DNA of 64,000 nucleotides from Eledone cirrhosa (taxonomy: Eukaryota), in the NCBI GenBank assembly GCA_964016885.1, contig OZ024743.1:368342001-368406000 (forward strand). Reading direction: 5' to 3'. The notes beneath the pieces were generated by a model. That model was not told the DNA's origin, did no database searches, and was given only the letters and a program-made list of their open reading frames with translations. Position 1 is the first letter of the stretch; each line of letters begins with the position of its first letter. Positions 41,589-55,370 of the stretch are shown piece by piece. Made by a program: the position numbers and the translations under genes.

Positions 41589-42202
41589 TTATGTCAGGTC
41601 ACCAGTTGGTGCTACTGGTAACATGTATCCCAGTACAACCTGTCCCATGGTCGGGTCGTTGGCGACTAAACTGGCAACCCCACCAAGGTTTCTTGGTGAG
41701 GAGGGTGACTTTGGACATCCTGCAGGACTAAAAACAAAACCTGTCAAAGGGCAAAGGAGCTCTTAAGAGTCAATGGCCATCCAAAATCACCGGGAGAGAT
41801 GACCCCTTAGCCTTTGTCAAGGCAGAATTCTAGGAGAAGGAAAACTCTGATATAACACCTGCAACCCTGATGGTATCCAATGATGTTGACTTGTTCTTCT
41901 TTTTGGTAAATATCATCTTGGTTAAGAGAGTGGGACTGGCTTTGTGCAGTGCCTTTGCTCACTATAAAAGCTTCACGGCACAGGCATTGCTATATATCTG
42001 GAGATCTCTCTGCACTTGTCGTCACATGGTACCATGGGCCCAGCACTATGTGTCAATAATTGTCACAAGTGTAGTGTTTGTACCAGAGTTTTCAAGTCGG
42101 TGGCTGGACTAAAAAGTCACACTCGTTCAGCGCTTCGGTAGGGGTTCTCCTACATGGATATAAAGTAGTGGCCGTACTCGAAAACGAGTTGGCAGCCACC
42201 AT
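41589..42202 (+). mobile_element. Element X, second long copy
   Basis: Same start and end as 37963-38576, with a few substitutions. Confidence 0.85.
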
Positions 42203-42211
42203 GTATGTATG

Positions 42212-42243
<32 letters not shown>

Positions 42244-42262
42244 TATATATATATGTATGTAT

Positions 42263-42303
<41 letters not shown>

Positions 42304-42521
42304 TGTATATATGTATGTATATATATATGTATATATGTATATGTATATATGTATGTGTATATATATGTATGTGTATATATATGTATGTGTATATATATGT
42401 ATGTGTATATATATGTATATATATGTATGTGTGTATATATGTATATATATGTATGTATGTATATATGTATGTATGTATATATATATATATGTATATATGT
42501 ATGTATATATATATGTATGTG

Positions 42522-42571
<50 letters not shown>

Positions 42572-42601
42572 TATATGTATATATGTATGTATATATATAT
42601 G

Positions 42602-42637
<36 letters not shown>

Positions 42638-42663
42638 TATATGTATGTATATATATATGTATG

Positions 42664-42721
<58 letters not shown>

Positions 42722-42759
42722 TATTTGTATGTATATATATGTATGTATGTATATATATG

Positions 42760-42791
<32 letters not shown>

Positions 42792-42941
42792 TATGTATGT
42801 ATATATATATATATGTATGTATATATATATGTATGTATGTATATATATATGTATGTATGTATATATATATGTATGTATATATATATGTATGTATATATAT
42901 ATATATGTATGTATATATATATATATATATGTATGTATATA

Positions 42942-43044
<103 letters not shown>

Positions 43045-43409
43045 ATATATATATATATATGTATGTATATATATATGTATATATATATATATATGTATGT
43101 ATATATATATATATATATGTATGTATATATATATGTATATATATATATATATGTATGTATATATATATGTATATATATATATATATGTATGTATATATAT
43201 ATGTATATATATATGTATGTATATGTATATATATATGTATGTATATGTATATATGTATGTATATATATATATATATGTATGTATTTACTTGTATATATAT
43301 ATTTTTTTTTTATTTTTTATTTTTTTTATTTATTAATTTTTTTTTTTTTTTCTCCTAGTGCAATGGCCATACTTGATAACGAGGGGGCACCCATCATCAT
43401 ATGTATGTA

Positions 43410-43482
<73 letters not shown>

Positions 43483-43504
43483 GTATTATGTATGTATGTA
43501 TATA

Positions 43505-44915
43505 TCATCATCATCATCAACGTTTAGCGTCCTTGTTCCACGCTTGCATGGGTTTGGACGGGGGTAGTCCCACTTGAGGCAAGAGTGATTGTCTTGCTCG
43601 CATAGGACTGTCTGGCAGGTTTTCTACAGTTGGATGCCCTTCCTAACACCAACCACATTTACAGTGTGGGTCTGGGAGGTTTTTATCGTGTTGCCTACAC
43701 GACCACATTACAGCGTGGACTGTGTGTTTTTTTGTCGTGACACCTACACGATCTCATTCGTTTCGGCCTGGATGGCGCGGCACCAACATAACTTTACATA
43801 GAACGGGGTGGTGTGGATGGGGTGGGGCTGGTGGTGGTGGGACGGGGTGTATTTTGTTAGAGATGCCTACTGGCTGGAGTAGGTTTTACTATATATTTAG
43901 GTAAGGCGGGTCTTCTCTGTTACTGACTACCGCCAAAGGTCTCGGTCCAGTGACATTGTCTTGGAGAGGTGTAAGTGTGTGATGTCGGAGTTTATCAGCT
44001 CGTCCCAGGTTTTTCTAGGTCTGCCTATTCCGTGACTACCGTCTATCTTTATTGCCCTGCACTTTGTTATACAGCTATCGACTTTCATGCGCATCACGCG
44101 TCCATACCAACGTAGCCTTCTCTCGAGTAAACAACATCTGATCCCTCTTATCTCTAATTTTTTCCTTAGTTCGTTTATGCTTTGCCGTTCACGTATATTA
44201 CTGTTACACATCCATCGGAGCATGCAAGCTTCGTTCCTCTCTAGTCTGCGTATATCCTCTGCACACAATGCCCAGGTCTCACTGCCATGCAACATTGCTG
44301 TTCGCATGCAGGCATCGTACAACCTGCCTTTCATTTTTAGGGAGAACCCTTTAGCAGCTAATAGTGGTATAAGCTCTCTGAACTTTTTCCAACCAGTTCT
44401 GACTCTAGCTACAGTACTTTCAGAGCACCCTCCCCCACTGCTGATTTTTATCGCCCAGGTAACGGAAGCTGTCCACTATTTCTATAGAACCCTCTGCGCA
44501 ATTGAAAGAGCTAGTATTTTGTGGGCACTTGCTGCTACTTATTGCACCAGAACACCGGCCACATGTAAAATCTATGTTCTTAGTTAGCTTACCTGTGATC
44601 CCACTACATCTTTTATGCACCCATACTTTGCATTTAGGACATAAAATGGAGTTTCTACCTACGCCTTTCCTACACACCGAGCACGACCATTTCCCAGAAG
44701 GGACCGCTGCCTTGTTTTCTTTCCTACAAACTAGAACTTTGGTCTTAGCCAGGTTAATTTTAAGTCCTTTTGACTCTAGGCCGTGCTTCCATGTTTGGAA
44801 TTTCTTCTCTAGCTCGGCCATTGATTCCGCTATGAGTGTCAGGTCGTCTGCGTATAGGAGTTCCCATGGGCAGCCTGTCTTGAACTCCTCTGTTATAGCC
44901 TGAAGGGCAATAATA
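43505..44915 (-). mobile_element. RTE LINE 3' half with a PHD finger in the RT; relatively young
   Basis: [24 protein letters not shown], a C4HC3 finger, [30 protein letters not shown], 3' UTR and (GAT)n. One frameshift near 44450. Confidence 0.9.
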
Positions 44916-44916
44916 A

Positions 44917-45000
<84 letters not shown>

Positions 45001-45142
45001 GTATCTATATATATGTATGTATGTATCTATATATATGTATGTATGTATGTATGTATATATATGTATGTATATGTATGTATGTATATATATGTATGTATGT
45101 ATATATATATATGTATGTATATATGTATGTATGTATGTATAT

Positions 45143-45546
45143 TTTTCCTTCTCCTAGAATTCTGCCTTGACAAAGGCTAAGGGGTCATCTCTCTGATATA
45201 ACACCTGCAACCCTGATGGTATCCAATGATGTTGACTTGTTCTTCTTTTTGGTAAATATCATCTTGGTTAAGAGAGTGGGACTGGCTTTGTGCAGTGCCT
45301 TTGCTCACTATAAAAGCTTCACGGCACAGGCATTGCTTTATATCTGGAGATCTCTGCACTTGTCGTCACATGGTACCATGGGCCCAGCACTATGTGTCAA
45401 TAATTGTCACAAGTGTAGTGTTTGTACCAGAGTTTTCAAGTCGCTGGCTGGACTAAAAAGTCACACTCGTTCAGCGCATCGGTAGGGGTTATCCTACATG
45501 GATATAAAGTAGTGGCCGTACTCGAAAACGAGTTGGCAGCCACCAT
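45143..45546 (+). mobile_element. Element X copy with an inverted ~50-bp 5' segment
   Basis: 45143-45191 is the reverse complement of GAGATGACCCC...GGAGAAGGAAAA; the direct sequence resumes at CTCTGATATAAC. Confidence 0.85.
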
Positions 45547-45707
45547 ATGTATATATATGTAGATATGTATATATATGTAGATATATGTAGATATGTATAT
45601 ATGTATGTATATATATATATATACATATATATATATCATTTCATCATCATCATCTATATATACACATATTATATATATACATATATATCATATATATATA
45701 TACATAT

Positions 45708-45740
<33 letters not shown>

Positions 45741-45972
45741 GAATATTAATTCATTTCCCATTCAACATAATGATTTGATTCTCCTTGCATACATTTCACT
45801 CATCTCAAGAGAACATCCTCATGCACTACCTTTATATCTTCTTGTTTTCTAAAAGCAATATTTGGTTGTAATTTTTTAAGATATTTACTTCTGCGTCCAC
45901 AAATTGATTTTTCTCAGTTTTATCTGATCCTACTTTGGTAATCAAAAAAAATATTTGCTCTACGGCTTTATA

Positions 45973-46673
45973 CAGGGTGCGGACGATATTTGTTCGCAAG
46001 ATTATTGTCTAGGAAAAAATAACACAGTAGTTTTATTTTTTAAGATTTATTTATCAAACTTGGGTCAGTTTGACTTTGACTTGTTCTTTCGATCTCACTC
46101 GATAAACCCGCCATTGGCTTCGATGAAGGCCTCAAGATGGCCTCGGAACCGGCTACAGGCCTTCATCACTGTCCTCCGACTTAGGCCCCTAAAGGCACTT
46201 GTGATCCTGACCTTCAGATCGTCTTTTGTATTGCAGCTAGATCTGTCGGCCTACATGCAGCTACCTGGTCGATCCAGGGCTTTACTACCTCGCTCAGAAC
46301 ACGGATGTAGCCATTGGTGTTCAGCTTGAGGCCCTCGGGGAAGAAGTGAGGTGGCATGACGTCACCTTGACTGCTGACGACACCTAAGACCAATGTTGTC
46401 GCTGGAAACTTTGTCTTCATGACTCTGGGCACGTCTTTGGATGAGACAGCGAGCCACCTGTTGTTCTGGGAGTTGATCTTCTGGTCTTATTTGTCCTCCT
46501 GGCGCGGATTCCACAAACTTGGAGGTTCAGAATTATTCATAATCAATTATTCTGAAAATAAATAATGGAAATATAGTCACTGTTTTTATGAAGACAAGAG
46601 TGACAACGGAAGTAAAAAAAATTTGCATAAAATTAGCAGTTGAAAATTGCGAATAAATATCATCCGCACCCTG
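45973..46673 (-). mobile_element. Internally deleted Tc1/mariner-superfamily transposon (maT/DD37D-like)
   Basis: TA|CAGGGTGCGGACGATATTTGTTCGCAA ... TTGCGAATAAATATCATCCGCACCCTG|TA. Remnants TKFPA..LVLGVVSSQGDVMPPHFF, VVKPWI and ACSRFR..LEA.IEANGGFIE. Confidence 0.85.
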
Positions 46674-46879
46674 TATATACCCTGTATATTGTGTGAAAGG
46701 GGAAAGAAGAATGCCTTCTCACACAACTAGTTTAATTAATTTCCCCTTTATCGTTTAAATTAAATAGAGTAGATCCAAAGTGACAGATCAACAGCAAGCT
46801 TCTGAGTATTACTAACACTCAAACAACACTTGATCATATTCAAACATATGTATTCACATATGTGCTCTCTTCCAAGAAC

Positions 46880-47375
46880 ACTTGGTTTTTCACAAACGTG
46901 CTTACTTGTTTATAAACCTGTTTGCTCACTCATGTATGCTTGCACATATGCTTACACTCCCCCCCCCCACACATACACACTCATACATGCTTTCTGACAC
47001 ACCTACACTCATACACACACACTTGATCACACTACTACTCTCATACTTACATGCACATACATTTGCTCACATGCCTACACACATACACACTCGTGCTCAT
47101 ACATCTAAACACACACACACTTGCTCGCACACACTTAAGCTACCTGCCCACACACTTGCTAACATTCCTACACACACACACATATTTGTTCATACTTACA
47201 TACATCTTCTCACAGCCACATACACAGTACTCTCACAAAGTCTTACACATACACTTTGTTACATACGCACATATACTTATATTTTTACTCATGCATCCTT
47301 ACATACACTTTTACATAGGCTTAATCACATACATTTTTGCGCATTTACTCTCTCTTTCTCCTATGTCTCTCTTTC
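46880..47375. repeat. Degenerate (CA)-rich low-complexity tract
   Basis: Direct inspection. Confidence 0.8.
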
Positions 47376-50300
47376 ATAGATATTATAAACTGGAGATATT
47401 TCTGTCATGAATTTAACTAAGAGGAACACAATTGCTCTAGTAATTTGTGTAATATCAATGGAAAGATGTCTAAGAAGAGAATTTTAATAATCTTTCTTTC
47501 AAAACAAAAAAAAAAAAATTGAGATCAATGAATGGGTTATGACAATAATCTATCTTAATATTGACAGTATGAATGGCTTGTAGAGATGGATCAAACTATA
47601 TAGTAACTACCAATATAACTGTATTAGTCTTTCACTTTTGTCCTACTTTTTTCTGAGTTCAAGTCATGTTCAGCCTGACTTCACCATTACTGGCTTTTTA
47701 CCATGACAGAGTTGATAAAATAGGGTATTAGCAACATTTGTTTAGTCTCATGCTTCTTAAATCATGATTTCAAACGCCGGACAGGGCAGTTTTTATGTAA
47801 TGTATTATGTTTAGTCTCACAATTGTAAAGTCTTTTGTTCAAACACCAGACTTGGCAGTGTGTTATATCTTAGAGAAAGGTACTTCATTCCATGTTATCA
47901 CTGTCCACTCAACTGAAAATGAGTATGAAAAGCTGCAACTAGACATTAGCCTTACTTCAGACTGGCAGGCATGATGTACTCTAAGTCACTTAACACCACA
48001 TCAAAACTGGATAAATTCTGGCCTGATCAGCCTGTGAATTCAAGGAAGATGTTAAGTTTAACAAAGGCTTTAAATTCTAGTTTAGACATGAATAAAGTAA
48101 CTGCAAGAAACCTAGAATATTATTCTTGTAAATATGATTGCCATCATCATCATCATTTAACATGTTTTCCCTGCCAGTAAGAGTTGGACATATTGTCACA
48201 GACTCCTCAGCACTGAAGCATAGCCTGTGACCTCTTTGTGGGCAGAAGGCCTGGCATATGATCCTGTGTTCTAAATGCACCCCATCATGGCACTAACACT
48301 ATGTAAGCTGTCATCTCTTGGCCATAGCTGAAGAGTCTTCCCACCACTTTTTGGTTAAGGTTTCTATGGAGTGATGCCTTCCTTATTCCTGTAAACATAT
48401 TTTATTGTCTCTAAATAATGGTATTTTTCTATGCCAGGAGATAAACGATCTTGGATACTTATGAAGTGGTTCATTCATCACTACTTTGGCAAAAGAAAAC
48501 AAGAAAATCATGCTTCATTGGTGTCTAGAGTGAACTCTTGATTAATAGCACTTTTTCTTTAGCACTTTTATTTCTATTTAACTTCTTAATGCTCAAAGCA
48601 TTAAATATATTAACACTAACTAACCTATTGTATTTTGATGCAGATGCTCTCTCTAGATTATTTTGTTTTATTTTAACTTCTTAACTTTGAAAGTAGACTA
48701 GACGTTTTTCTTTTTATGTCAGATAAAAACATTGCAAAACCATTATAGGGAATTAAAATTATCTAAACTATAATAAAGTACTGTGTACGGTTTATAATCT
48801 TTTATCCCCTTAGTAAAATAAGTTGGATTACTTTGAATAAATAATGAATGAATATTACATAATTTATCTACTAAATTTTGTGGCTCTTGATTAAATATAT
48901 TTTGTTTATTTTAAGATTCACTTCTTTAAAATTTCTGAAATGTCAACACTTCCGGTTGGCCATCGCTTAAATAAACATACTAATTTTCTGTCACTAATTT
49001 TCTCCTAATGCAGTTTATATATAATATCGTCTTTTTTAATGTATCATGGATTACATTACTGATTACATAAGACAGTGTAACACAGTCTTCGTTCAATTTC
49101 TATATATTATATATTGTCAATTGTGATTTTATTTTATGTATCATATCTACATGTATATATACCTGCGTATAATATCAATATACACACTACACATTCTAGC
49201 AGAAAACCACCCTTCAGGTGGTTTTTCTGCTAGTTTTTTTAATGCACTAAGGATCAAAAATATACAATAATGCACTAAAGTTAATCATTTGTAGATTTAT
49301 TTTCTTTCTAATAGAATGTTCTGCAAATTATTGCAATGAATATTATAATGAAGGCTACTTTATTATTTTTGTTTTATTAAACAGTTATATAGCTATAAAA
49401 CTGAGGCAAGTATGTGACACAAAATAATTCCAGTAGCAATGGTTTGGATTGCCTAAGTAGTCCCACATATTAACCAAATGAATCTTCATGCATTAGCACC
49501 TTAATTTAACATTTTTTCAAATATTTATTGTACACGTAGTCTATTTCATTATCTTTAGTCATTAACAAGTTCTCTATTGTGGTTGTTATAAAGGAACAGA
49601 ATTTTTAGTATCTTTTTATATTTTACTTTTGCTTTCAAAGGTAATTATAGTGATCTTTGCCTTAATATAAGTTAGTGTTCTGGAATTCTTCTTAGATCAC
49701 CTTAATGCTATTAGTGATCATTGGGAACATTATTATGCTTGCTATGTTCCATAAATAGTGAACTTTATCACTTTTTTAGCCATTTAACCAAATACTTTAT
49801 GAAAAGTAAACATATATTGATATACAGAGCTATATTTGACAGCAAATTTCATACTTTTCTATTAAAAATTATAATTCTATAAATTTTCCCATATTTCTTA
49901 TACACAAACATCTATGACATCAGCAAACACTTTAGTCTTTTACCTTTTCTATTGTATTGACTGCGACAAGATTTCATTCTTGCTTTATCCCTTCTTCCTT
50001 TTTATCTATACCACATGAAAATATAGTTTAATGATCCTTTTGATATTGTTGTGAAAAGATAAGTTGGTATTTCTTATTTGCTGATGTTCATTTTCCAAGA
50101 GGTGGTGATGATACATTCAGTTACACTTCCACTCTTAACAGTTGGACTATTGGAAATTAGTAGTTGTAAGTCAAAAGGAATTGAAAGGTGCTATTTGCAG
50201 GCATACTTATATTGCTCTCATATATCAGTGTAGGAAGCTCAGCACCACTACAGCTAGAAAATAGTCATTATAATCATCATTTTACATCCATTTTCCAGGC

Positions 50301-50778
50301 TGGCATGATTTAGACAGGTCACAATGGATCAATTCAGCTTTTACTTTGAGTTACTGCCCTCATAGATAGGTTGGAGGACCACGTTTTGCTTGTACATTCC
50401 AATTGTTAGCAGAGTTTCTAGGCCCTTCCAAATATCAACCACTTTACAGAGTGTAGTGGGTGCGTTTTAGCATGGCACCACCACTAGTGAATTTGCTTGT
50501 ATCCCAGAAGACTACTAAACAGTGTTTCCATTCAGTCAAACCAATACGATCAAGAGTGAAGAAAATATTTATATCTTTAAAAAAAAATCATCTATGACCT
50601 TGATAATATTACAAAACATTTCTCATAAATCTCTCAATATATGAAGTCAGCCAGGCATCATTACATTTCTTAACCATTAATATTCTATGATCTGAATCTT
50701 ATTTTACAAAACTTTAATCTATAACTAGCAACAATGATATACCATTTAACTTTAAAGATTGTATTGTTTTCTTTACAG

Positions 50779-50895
50779 AATCACTTGGAAAAGGTTTTGA
50801 AGGATGTATTTTTCGAATGCAAGTTCAAAATATTTTTCCATTAAAACGTGCTTTTCAAGATCCTCGTCCATCATACATAGGCATGGAACCTGAAG
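50779..50895 (+). CDS. Nrx-IV: Internal coding exon, Neurexin IV / contactin-associated protein (Caspr)-like, end of the last laminin-G domain
   Basis: Acceptor TTTTCTTTACAG and donor AAG|GTAAGT; 117 nt, phase 1-1, open: (E)SLGKGFEGCIFRMQVQNIFPLKRAFQDPRPSYIGMEPE. The GFxGCI..Q...I.PLK..FQ pattern is what I recall for Nrx-IV/Caspr LamG4. Confidence 0.78.
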
Positions 50896-51380
50896 GTAAG
50901 TTACTCAGTTTGAATATGCTATCCTACAGATTTAAATAGAATTTTTACATGTCAATATATATTTTTCTGCCTAGATTTGCAACCAGTAGATAGTATTAGC
51001 AATTGGAAAGACCAATGGAAACATTGTTTCCTCAGTCTGATTTGATGAGCTCCACCCCACTTGTTAAGCGAATGAGGTCAGGGATCTTGTTGATCAACTG
51101 TTATTATATATTTATCTTTTCATTGTTTAATTTACAGGGTTACTCAGACAATCAAATTCTGTTGTCAGCTCATTGTTTTGATCTATCAGTTGATATAAAA
51201 AGAAATCTTAGTTGTATTCAGTACTCTTTGATACAATACTTTTTTACTATTTGGTTGCTATATTACTTGGGAATGAAACACAGTTGCAAATCAACATAGA
51301 GATATTTATGGATATATTTAATCATCAATGTATTCTCCTTTGTTTGTGACAACCCTATTATATTTGTCAACAACCTTTAA

Positions 51381-52473
51381 CCCTTTAGCATTCACATTAA
51401 TTTGTCAAATGTCATGTTTATCTGTTCACATTATTTTCAGTACTCAAGAGGGTTATCAATTTCATTTGTTTGTAATTTTCTTAATTTTCTATGTACAGGC
51501 TTGAAATTTTGTCAGATGTTTAAATATCAATAATTTACAATTATATAATTTTACCTGATTTTTTTGGTTAAATTTGACTTTTATGGGCAGGTGAAATTAA
51601 TTAATAGTGGCATTTGAAGTATCAACCAGGTGCAAATACTGGTTTTATTTTAAATACGTTGTTTTCGGCATAATACTTGATATATAAGGATCACTAAACC
51701 TTATATCAGTGCTCCAGTAATTCCGCAGTCTTGGAAATTATTTTATGCCAAACATAATATTTACAGTAAAGAATGCTTGCATTTCTGCAGCATCTGTCGG
51801 TCACCATAACAGATCGGGTTTTCCTCGATTTGAAATCTGTTGTTGGACATATCGATTAATCTCTTCTGCTACAACTTCAAAGAAAGTTTGTGGTAAAAAA
51901 AAAAAGAAATAATCCACTGCTTTAGCATCGGGAGCTAATGTGTGTTGTGGACCAGTATTTTGAATAAAATCGGGAACATATATTGGTGTGGTATTTTTCA
52001 ACCACGTTGCTGTAATATTTTCATTGGCATCCTGGAGATCTCCTTCGTTTTCACTTTCAAAACAACAATCATCGTCGGATGAAATTTCAGAGATGTAAAC
52101 ATCAGATTCATTTGAAGATAAATCACTAATATTATCATTTGTTTCTTGTTCATTCTGAATGTCGTCGTGTGTAAAACCTTCAAAGTCGGTATCGCTACTT
52201 TCACAAGCCATGTTGATACACAAAATATCTGTTCTACTTTCAACGTTAAAAAGAAAAAAGTGTTGTTTTAAGTTGTTTCACTATATTAAGTGTTAATTTT
52301 CGCAGTAAGGGCCTAATCTCGCAGTAATCTCGAATTGACGAGATTTTGATGACAGTATTGTTTATTTTTAGAACGATATTTTAGTGTGGGTGGTATCGGC
52401 CGGTTTCGGGCGGATTGAACAAAAGAAGGGAAAATAATTGTGGCCTGTTTGCGGCTGTTTGAATACTAAAGGG
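51381..52473 (-). mobile_element. Internally deleted, non-autonomous piggyBac (same family as 20944-22022)
   Basis: TTAA|CCCTTTAG ... CTAAAGGG|TTAA; ORF 51801-52223 parallels ORF 21135-21569. Confidence 0.9.
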
Positions 52474-53594
52474 TTAAAACATTTTCAAACGTTTTCAATG
52501 CACATAGGACAGATGTGTATCTAACACTTAAATACCTGCTGAGTTCTCTAGCTAGAATAGCAAAATTTGCTATAACAGCTGCTTCCAATGTCTCTGAATT
52601 GAGTCTATCTGGACTCAATTCATTTAGACTCTCTTAGTTCATTGTTTAGATTGAAGACCCCGTTTTTTAATTCAGATAAACCACCTACATGTTCTTCCAT
52701 ATTCTGCTTCCTTATAATTGATTTTGGTGGATTTTGTTGTTGCACTTTTATTGGGACTTCTATGAGACATGTAGAGCATGACATGTCAAATATATTCTTT
52801 TATTGGATCAAAGATGGAGTAAAATTGAAGTCATTTTCATAAATAATGTTCTTATAAAATTGAAGGAGAAAAGATATATTACTTATAACAGCATGCCAAA
52901 AGATAGAATTTTAATAAATCATGTTCAACATTTTTGATTTAATAACGGACAGAACTTTTATTCTAACCTGATTCTTTTTGTTATTAATAAACTGGATATA
53001 TTCATATAGTTATTAAATTATATAAATTCAGCCATATCTTACACTTAAGATAGTTAAATCAAAATGAATAATCATTTTAATTTTTGGTCTGGGAAAATTC
53101 GAAAAGAGAACCAAGAGGTTACTGGCTGTTAAGGGTTATTAAGAGGATATTGAAAACTTTATAAGTAGTTCTTTTCTTAATCTATGGCTACTTGTGAATT
53201 TATAAATATACAAATATTTTTGAGTCAACTTATAGCAATTTTTATATTCACATGTGTATGATGATGACCATAGCAATGTGTTATGTACTGCCTCAGATAT
53301 ACATGTCTTAATATATATATAAAGAAAATTATAATTTGCCATGTATTGTCTAAGATACAGTTACTTTAAGTGGAATTCACATCTTACCAAGATTTCCATG
53401 GTGTTTTCAATATTCCATTTTGAAGAAATGACAAAATAATATTGAGCCCTACTTAAAGTAATTGTTAAACTATTATGGGACTGATATGGTTTATATAGTT
53501 TATATTTTGATAATGAAGTGTCGGTAGTGAAACAAGACAGGGAGGAGGCGGAGGCTAATTACACACACACACACACACACAAACATATCTATAT

Positions 53595-54160
53595 ATCATC
53601 ATCATCATCATTTTTATGTTTGCTTTGCCACGTTTGAATGGGTTGAATGGGTCCTTCTTAGCATGGCATCTCTTCACACATTGTGATCCTTTATCATTGA
53701 CTCTGTCAGTCTCAATGATTTGAGGTCAGCTCTCACAACCTCTGCCCAGGTCTTTCTACCTCTAACGCGACCTCCACTGGAATTTCCTGGCACTTCTTCA
53801 CCCAATGTTCATTGTCCATGTACATCACATGTCCATACCAACACAGTCTTCCTTCCTGCACACCACCTCAGATTCCTCTTAAACCTAGCTTCTCCTTCAA
53901 CTCATCCAAGCTCTGCCTCTCACACTTACATTGCACATCCAATATAGCATAGTTGCTTCACTTCTCTTCAGTCTACATGTCTTCTACAGTCACTGCCCTT
54001 GTTTCCCTATCATGCAGCATTACACTTCACACACAAGCATTATATAGTCGTCCTTTTGTACGTAGGGAGAATTTTTTGTGGTTAACAGTGGTTAACACAC
54101 TCTAAACTTTTTCCATCCTATCCTTATTCCAGCTATTATGCTCTCAGACCAGCCCTCCCC
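53595..54160 (-). mobile_element. Decayed RTE 3' fragment
   Basis: Homologous to 16075-16620 (KGRLYNACV.SVMLH; RRLCWYGHV); (GAT)n tail. Confidence 0.7.
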
Positions 54161-55076
54161 CCTCCATTATAATATATCAAAATGCTATCAAATAAATTTC
54201 AACCAAATGTACTTTGGTTGAAATTTTAAAATATATACCATAAAAATACTATTTTGTTTTAGCAAAATTAAATACTAAAAAAATAAAATTACAAGTAGAT
54301 TTTTAAATATTTGTTTAAAACAAATTAACTATTTCATAATCAGAACACACTTGAGAAACTTAATGTTTTAAAATTGAACAATTTTATCATAAGCTAAAAA
54401 ATTAACATTGTAAACAATAATTTTGATGAAAAGAAAAAATAGAATGTCTCGCTTTTGAAATTGTGTTCCATCTAATTTTGCATCATCTTAAAGCAATTTT
54501 CTACTTGAAATATTAAATTTACTTCATGTAAACTTTATAATAATTTAATTTAAAGATCACATATAAAATTATACAACTTAAAATTATAAATTTAAAAAAA
54601 TAAGTAAAAATAAAATGCATATTCAAGATATTCAAAATATGTTCTTTTCTTTAATATGTATATAGATACATATAATTTTATTGCATATTTTTTCAATAAA
54701 CTGAAGATTTCAGTTTATTGTCATTATTTCTCAATATATTTATGTAAAGAGTTCTATCAGACTTTATGATCATTTGATATTTTTTATGGGGATGGTGAAA
54801 CAATTGCTTGTCTTGAAAGACGATATAACAATAGGAAATGTTAGGAACCACTATTTCAGAATTTTATCAAATTGTTAATATTTACCCCAGGTCAACCCTG
54901 TCATAAAAATTCATCTTTGTTGTATCTTATTGCAATTTAGTGTGATTAAGCATTAAATTGTATATATTTGAAGCAAATATTCAAATGTGGAAAGTTTTGA
55001 TGTTCTATCTTATTGGAATTGAATCCTGTATCAATTGGTGACCATTTTACCACATTAATATTTCTCTTTCATACAG

Positions 55077-55370
55077 TGAAGGTACATGGCATAATTGTTA
55101 GGATGTTCAGATAACAATCTTATGGTTGAGAATTCAATCCATGGTGGCACATTGAGTTCTTGAGCATAACACTCTATTTCACATTGCCCCATTCCACTTA
55201 GCTGGCAAAAATTAGTTGTACCTATAGTTGTACCAGCCTTGCTATAGAGTGTGTCATACTGAATATCCTTGAAAACTGCATTAAGGGTAATAGTGAATTA
55301 ATTTCATGAGTAGGCAATTCTGTTGACTGAACAATTGGAACACTCATTGGAAGTGAGAGAGATCCAGCTT
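55077..55370 (+). mobile_element. Decayed tRNA-derived SINE
   Basis: GGTACATGGCATAATTGTTAG head and CTTGAGCATAACACTCTATTTCACATTGC central block, as in 17999-18355. Confidence 0.7.

Noticed and set aside
54194-54226. 14-bp-arm hairpin AAATTTCAACCAAA/TTTGGTTGAAATTT (similar short hairpins near 52597 and 54694)
   Set aside because: Short, AT-rich and isolated; no supporting structure, and bacterial terminator logic does not apply.
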